Positions 59,199-64,000 of a stretch of DNA of 64,000 nt are shown here, piece by piece (position 1 is the stretch's first letter; each line of letters starts with the position of its first letter). The DNA is taken from NCBI RefSeq assembly GCF_035390745.1, contig NZ_DAOOUJ010000004.1, positions 1,375 to 65,374 of the forward strand. The letters are read 5' to 3'. A program made the position numbers and the translations under genes. This DNA comes from Methanosarcina sp. GTDB lineage: Archaea; Halobacteriota; Methanosarcinia; Methanosarcinales; Methanosarcinaceae. Below the pieces are notes generated by a model. The model ran no database searches and was not told where the DNA came from. It saw nothing but the letters and a program-made list of their open reading frames with translations.

Positions 59199-60110
59199 TT
59201 GTTTAGCATGCTTGCCATATACCTCATCCTTCTGGTTTTTCTAATTATTCTGTTTGTACTCCTTACAGCAATAGTCCTTACTCTCAAGCTCAAGGTACTT
59301 AGTTTGAAAGAAAAAAACGAATTTGAAGGCACATTTACTGTTAAATGGCTGTTTTTTTCCCATACTTTTTTAATAGGAGAACCAGGGGAGAAAAAATACC
59401 ATATTGAAGAGCCGGGTACAGGGGAGAAAGGAAAAGAAACAATAGCGGAAATGGAATCTCAGCAGGAAAAAGCAGGTCCTGAACAAACCGAAAGCAGGGA
59501 AGAAGATCTGAGCTCAGAGTATAAAGTGCAGGCCGAAGAAAGAGGGTCCGAAGAAAAAATGCCTGAGGAGAAAACGGTAATCTTTGAAGATGAGGAGAGA
59601 ATTGAGGTTAAAGAAAAAACCCCGGTTAAAAAGAAAAGAGGAATATTTGACCGGATAAGAAGGAAAAAAAGAGCCGGTGAAGAAGGTGAAGTTGAATCGG
59701 AAAAGGGAATGACTATCAGAGAAAAGCTCCACTGGGGACTGGAAGCTTACAAAGCCCTTAGAAAACCTCTTTTCCGCCTGTTTTCCGATATGCTTAATGC
59801 AGTAAAAATCAAAAACCTGAAAGCTGACCTCACTTTCGGGCTTCCCGATCCTGCAGATACGGGGATGCTTTGCGGGTTTATACATGCCATACTGGGAATA
59901 GTATACAGCCGCTGCCGGAGCTGCAGTTTTTCTGTCTGTCCTGTTTTTATGGAATCCCTGCTGGACTTCCGGGGGAGCGCGGAGATCCGTGTAAAAATAT
60001 ATTCTCTGATTTTCCCCTTCATCAAATTTATATTAAACGGGAAAACTTTATCTTTTACTTATTCGATTGTTAAGGAAAAACTTCGGGGTAGTTCGAAGAT
60101 AAACTCCTAA
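59199..60110 (+). CDS. DUF2953 (YtfI-like) domain protein
   Basis: N-terminal TM, charged low-complexity linker, FGLPDPADTGMLCG motif. Confidence 0.85.
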   Translation: MFSMLAIYLILLVFLIILFVLLTAIVLTLKLKVLSLKEKNEFEGTFTVKWLFFSHTFLIGEPGEKKYHIEEPGTGEKGKETIAEMESQQEKAGPEQTESREEDLSSEYKVQAEERGSEEKMPEEKTVIFEDEERIEVKEKTPVKKKRGIFDRIRRKKRAGEEGEVESEKGMTIREKLHWGLEAYKALRKPLFRLFSDMLNAVKIKNLKADLTFGLPDPADTGMLCGFIHAILGIVYSRCRSCSFSVCPVFMESLLDFRGSAEIRVKIYSLIFPFIKFILNGKTLSFTYSIVKEKLRGSSKINS

Positions 60111-60126
60111 GCTTTATGAATAAGCA

Positions 60127-61110
60127 ATGAGGATACAGATGAATATGATTAATGTGGTGTCTCCATCCAGACTGCACCTCACCCTTATCGATCTCAATGC
60201 AGAGATTGGCAGGGTCGATGGAGGGGTAGGAATTACTCTCGAGTCACCCAGCCTGGAAATTTCTGCATCTGAAGCGGATACTGTTGAAGTCGTGGGTTCT
60301 TCTCTTCTCGCGGGCAGGATGCTAAAAGCAGCAAAAGCTGTGCTTCCGGAAGGCAAAGGGATAAGAATCCTTATTAAAAGGGATCTCCCTGACCATGTGG
60401 GGCTTGGTTCCGGAACCCAGGCTGCACTTTCGGTAGCTGCAGCCATAAATGAGATTTACGGGCTTGGTAAAAGTGTCAGGGAACTTGCAGTTGCCGTAGG
60501 CAGAGGAGGAACTTCTGGAATAGGGGTTGCTGCTTTTGAAAACGGAGGTTTTATCGTGGACGGAGGTCACAAGTTCAAGGAAAAGGGTGCATTTTCTCCT
60601 TCCGCAGCCAGCAAAATGCCTCCAGGACCTGTACTTTTCAGAAGAGCGTTTCCTGACTGGAATATTGTCCTTGCAATCCCCAATACCAAAGGAGTTCATG
60701 ACGCAGAAGAAGTGGATATTTTCAAAAAGGTCTGTCCCATCCCTCTTGCAGAAGTTCAGGAGATCTCCCACGTAATCCTTATGCAGATGCTCCCTGCGCT
60801 TATCGAAGAAGATATTGAAAGTTTCGGCAGGGCAGTCAACCATTTCCAGACTGCAGGTTTCAAAAAACGGGAAGTCGAACTTCAGCCAAAACCTGTACTC
60901 GATGCTATGAAATACATGCAGGACAACGGAGCAAGTGGTTCAGGAGTAAGTTCTTTCGGTCCCGTTGTTTATGGAATTGTCGGGAGTTCTGGAGACGCCA
61001 GAAAACTCCAGAAAGACGTCCAGAGCATGCTTGATGAATCACTTGGCGGAGAAGTTCTGCTTACAAAGGGAAGGAACCGGGGTGCGGATATCTTCGGAGG
61101 CTCCGATTGA
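60127..61110 (+). CDS. Beta-ribofuranosylaminobenzene 5'-phosphate (RFAP) synthase, GHMP-kinase fold
   Basis: PSRLHLTLID, HVGLGSGTQ, GRGGTSGIG, SSFGP; start may be 60139 or 60145. Confidence 0.9.
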   Translation: MRIQMNMINVVSPSRLHLTLIDLNAEIGRVDGGVGITLESPSLEISASEADTVEVVGSSLLAGRMLKAAKAVLPEGKGIRILIKRDLPDHVGLGSGTQAALSVAAAINEIYGLGKSVRELAVAVGRGGTSGIGVAAFENGGFIVDGGHKFKEKGAFSPSAASKMPPGPVLFRRAFPDWNIVLAIPNTKGVHDAEEVDIFKKVCPIPLAEVQEISHVILMQMLPALIEEDIESFGRAVNHFQTAGFKKREVELQPKPVLDAMKYMQDNGASGSGVSSFGPVVYGIVGSSGDARKLQKDVQSMLDESLGGEVLLTKGRNRGADIFGGSD

Positions 61111-62117
61111 TAATCAATACCTGGTTTGGAGTTCTTGAGCTGGGCAGTAACGGGAAGCTGTCCGCCTCCGAGCTTTTTCCAAAGGATGTAAGAGAGCTTG
61201 CACTTCGTTCTCTCTCTCTGAGGGACAGCAGGCAAAATCTGCCGCCCGAAGGATTTGACCTGAAAACTGCAGCTATAGAGTGTGGTTTTGCAGATTCTTC
61301 TTCCGAATACTATTCCCTTTTACATGAAGTTACTCTGGAAACCGTAAAACTCCAGGTTTCACAGGCTCTCACCCCTGACCAGCGTATCGTTCAGGCAGTA
61401 GAAGCTCTGGACGACATTAATGAAACCACTAACTCCCTTTCCGAAAGGCTTTTTGAATGGTATGGAGGCTATTTCCCCGAAAGCGGGCTCAATGGGGAAT
61501 CACTTGCGGTTTTCGTTGCAAAATACGGTTCTCGCGAGAATATTCCTCCTGAAGATCCTCTCTATTTAAAAGCCCAAAATTCTATGGGTGCAAAACTTGA
61601 AGCCGCAGATGAATTGCTTCTTAAAAGCTTTGCAGAAAGCGTATGCAGCCTCTATGAACGGCGGAAACAGATTGAGGCTTATATTGAAAGCAGCATGGAA
61701 ACTCTTGCCCCCAATCTTACTGCGCTTGCGGGTCCCATGCTCGGGGCAAGGCTCATAAGCATTGCAGGCAGCCTCGAAAAACTCGCTGCTTTCCCTTCAA
61801 GCACCATTCAGGTAATAGGAGCAAATAAAGCTCTCTTTAAACACCTCCGTGCCAGGGCTCCGTCCCCCAAGCACGGTATCATCTACAGCCATCCTCTTAT
61901 CAACACCTCTCCCTGGTGGGTGAGGGGAAAGGTAGCAAGAGCCCTTGCAGCAAAACTTTCTCTTGCTGCAAGAATTGACTTTTATTCCGCAAAAAAAGAA
62001 CCTTCCCTTGAAGGCGAACTGGAAGAAAAGATCCGGAAGATCAGGGAAGCAAACCCGAGACCTCCTCAAAAGAGGCAGGAAAGCAGAGCAAAGCCAAAAA
62101 AGAAGAGGAGGAGGTAA
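61107..62117 (+). CDS. nop5: C/D box sRNP protein Nop5/Nop56
   Basis: LAPNLTALAGPMLGARLI, SSTIQVIGANKALF, PKHGIIY. Confidence 0.94.
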   Translation: MIINTWFGVLELGSNGKLSASELFPKDVRELALRSLSLRDSRQNLPPEGFDLKTAAIECGFADSSSEYYSLLHEVTLETVKLQVSQALTPDQRIVQAVEALDDINETTNSLSERLFEWYGGYFPESGLNGESLAVFVAKYGSRENIPPEDPLYLKAQNSMGAKLEAADELLLKSFAESVCSLYERRKQIEAYIESSMETLAPNLTALAGPMLGARLISIAGSLEKLAAFPSSTIQVIGANKALFKHLRARAPSPKHGIIYSHPLINTSPWWVRGKVARALAAKLSLAARIDFYSAKKEPSLEGELEEKIRKIREANPRPPQKRQESRAKPKKKRRR

Positions 62118-62801
62118 ATGACCGAAATAAGGCTGCTTTCCGAAGGGATTTTCGAGGTTACAAAGGATAAAAAGCAGCTTTCCACCCTTAACCTTGACCC
62201 CGGAAAAGTTGTTTACGGAGAAAAGCTGATCTCTGTTGAAGGAGCAGAATACAGGACATGGGACCCCCGCAGGAGCAAGCTTGGAGCCATGGTCCTCAAA
62301 AAATTCGATATTCCTCTTAAAAGGGATTCAAAAGTCCTTTATCTCGGAGCTGCGTCAGGCACAACGGTGAGCCACGTCTCAGATATCGTATCCGAAGGGG
62401 TAGTTTATTCTGTGGAATTTGCTCCCCGGAGCATGCGCGACTTCATAGGGCTTGCTTCCCGACGAAAAAATATTTTCCCTATCCTTGCTGATGCGGGAAA
62501 GCCGGACAGTTACGCCCATATTGTTGAGCCTGTAGACATTATCTTCCAGGATGTTGCTCAGCCCAACCAGGCAGAGATAGCTGCAAGAAATGCAGTCCGC
62601 TTTTTGAAAAAAGACGGATATCTTCTGCTCTCTATCAAGGCCCGCAGCATTGACACTGCGGCAAGCCCGAAGGAGATCTTCAAAGAAGAGGTAAAAAAGC
62701 TTGAACAGGCTTTTGAGAAGGGATTTGAAATTTTGACTGCCAGGGACCTTATGCCCTATCATGAAGACCATCTTGGGGTGCTGGCGAAGTTAAAGGCATA
62801 A
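62118..62801 (+). CDS. flpA: Fibrillarin-like rRNA 2'-O-methyltransferase
   Basis: YRTWDPRRSKL, VLYLGAASGTTVSHVSD, FQDVAQPNQA. Confidence 0.96.
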   Translation: MTEIRLLSEGIFEVTKDKKQLSTLNLDPGKVVYGEKLISVEGAEYRTWDPRRSKLGAMVLKKFDIPLKRDSKVLYLGAASGTTVSHVSDIVSEGVVYSVEFAPRSMRDFIGLASRRKNIFPILADAGKPDSYAHIVEPVDIIFQDVAQPNQAEIAARNAVRFLKKDGYLLLSIKARSIDTAASPKEIFKEEVKKLEQAFEKGFEILTARDLMPYHEDHLGVLAKLKA

Positions 62802-62970
62802 ATTCCCTTTTTGAATCCTGCTCTTTCGGAAGACCAAAAATCTCTGTGGTCTGTCCGGGCAGGAATTTTAACTGGTAGTGAAGTACTTTAGTAGAGGCAC
62901 TGCAGAGGAGACTCTCACCGGGATTATTTAGCGGGATTATTTATTGAAACCTGGTCCAATCAGGATTGAT

Positions 62971-63516
62971 TTACCTTCTTATATTTACAAATAGCCTCTT
63001 TTTCGTGACAGGAATCAGTTTCTTCCACTCAACAACCGAATCTTCGTGAAACTCGTACTCGTCTACAGTTTTATCCGAAAATTTGCCGTCCACTTCATAT
63101 ACATAAAAACCCTCTTCTCCATCCGTAGATACGACTTTTACCCTGTCTCCCATTTTCTTTACCTCAACAGCAGCTACACTTTTCAGGGCTTCAAGTAAAT
63201 TCGTGCCTTCTTCTACCTCAATATGTCTGTTTTCTGCAAAACGGTCAAGGAAAGAATAGACATTGCTCAGTTTTATTCCTATCATGTGGGTATTTCCAAA
63301 CTTTTTCCTTTCTATAAGTTCGGCTTTTTCCAGGACTTTCACATGTTTCGCAGCTACAGGCACAGAGATCCCTATTTCCCTTGCAAGACCTGAGATATGC
63401 TTATCTCCTTCACTCAGGCTCTCAAGGATTGAAAGGCGTGTATCACTTGAAATCGCTTTGAAGAGGTTTTCTCTACCTCCGTTAATTCCTGAATCCCTCA
63501 TAACACTTACTACCAT
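62971..63516 (-). CDS. ArsR-family regulator with C-terminal beta-grasp (DUF4430-like) domain
   Basis: LFKAISSDTRLSILESL..HISGLAREIGISVPVAAKHVKVLE HTH; C-terminal NLLEAL..FYVYEVDG..DEY..VVEW. Confidence 0.85.
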   Translation of the reverse strand: MVVSVMRDSGINGGRENLFKAISSDTRLSILESLSEGDKHISGLAREIGISVPVAAKHVKVLEKAELIERKKFGNTHMIGIKLSNVYSFLDRFAENRHIEVEEGTNLLEALKSVAAVEVKKMGDRVKVVSTDGEEGFYVYEVDGKFSDKTVDEYEFHEDSVVEWKKLIPVTKKRLFVNIRR

Positions 63517-63953
63517 GATGATCCTCTATTTTACCTCAAATACTTATAATTATTGCCCATTCTAACTCAAGTAAAGTATATCATTCTTTCTACTAATAAT
63601 CTTTTTATTTATTCTTCTAGCAAATTTGCTTTAGTTATTATTTTTCTGGTTTCGTTCTCTCTAATTTAGTAACTAGTTAACAGTGAAGAAATTTGCATAT
63701 TTATTCTTAAATTCTGTTGTTCTTTTGCTATTGGTCCTGTCTGGTCTTTTTTTAAAACTGGTCTTATTTTTATGAGCTTCGATGCCTGTCCCTTTACTTT
63801 TATAATTATTTCTTCTTCTCTTCTCGTTGAAAGTCAGAAGTTAAACTTTTCATCTAAAAACAGCTTTCTTTGCACTTGTTATCCAAAAAGATAACAAACA
63901 TTACCCAAAAACCAGTTTTTATTTAATCCTACCATAGATGCTCAGAAGGTACT

Positions 63954-64000
63954 ATGGACTCTGCGACGTTAACTGTTATTGGAATTATGATAGGTATCCT
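63954..64000 (+). CDS. 5' fragment of a probable membrane protein running off the window
   Basis: GAAGGT RBS-like then MDSATLTVIGIMIGI...; only 15 codons visible. Confidence 0.45.
   Translation, partial: MDSATLTVIGIMIGI

Noticed and set aside
62919-62943. Direct repeat CGGGATTATTTA x2 after fibrillarin; considered as a C/D box sRNA
   Set aside because: No convincing C (RTGATGA) and D (CTGA) box pair; two copies only
1430-63565. Numerous antisense and alternate-frame ORFs in the supplied track (e.g. 1635-2087, 5445-5933, 12710-13288, 33512-34063, 37569-38012)
   Set aside because: Shadows of well-supported genes; no motifs or RBS
1-64000. Search for tRNA, rRNA, SRP/RNase P RNA, CRISPR arrays, integrases and transposases
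   Set aside because: None recognised by eye; covariance-model searches were not possible

Overview
Chromosomal segment of a Methanosarcina-type methanogenic archaeon. The assignment rests on the mtrEDCBAFGH and fmdEFACDB operons, srp19, rnp4, nop5-fibrillarin and PKD/NosD surface proteins. Core genes are archease-rtcB, the complete Mtr operon, the Mo-type formylmethanofuran dehydrogenase operon, an XPD helicase and RFAP synthase-nop5-flpA. Accessory modules are a Mo/W homeostasis neighbourhood, a decaying methyltransferase-peptide/nickel ABC-methyltransferase operon, an RND + two COG1361 proteins + TrmB module, an HxlR-linked flavoprotein cluster, tandem NosD/PKD surface-protein paralogs, a GerW/DUF2953 pair and an ArsR regulator with a DUF4430-like C-terminal domain. 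The Mo/W neighbourhood comprises modE, a remnant of a deleted ModC-like ATPase, tupABC and four copies of a CGTTATGT-N8-ACATAACG box. Three genes appear to initiate at ATT. I recognised no CRISPR array, tRNA, rRNA or intact transposase. Family names come from motif recognition by eye, not database searches, and several starts differ from the supplied ORF track for the reasons stated.
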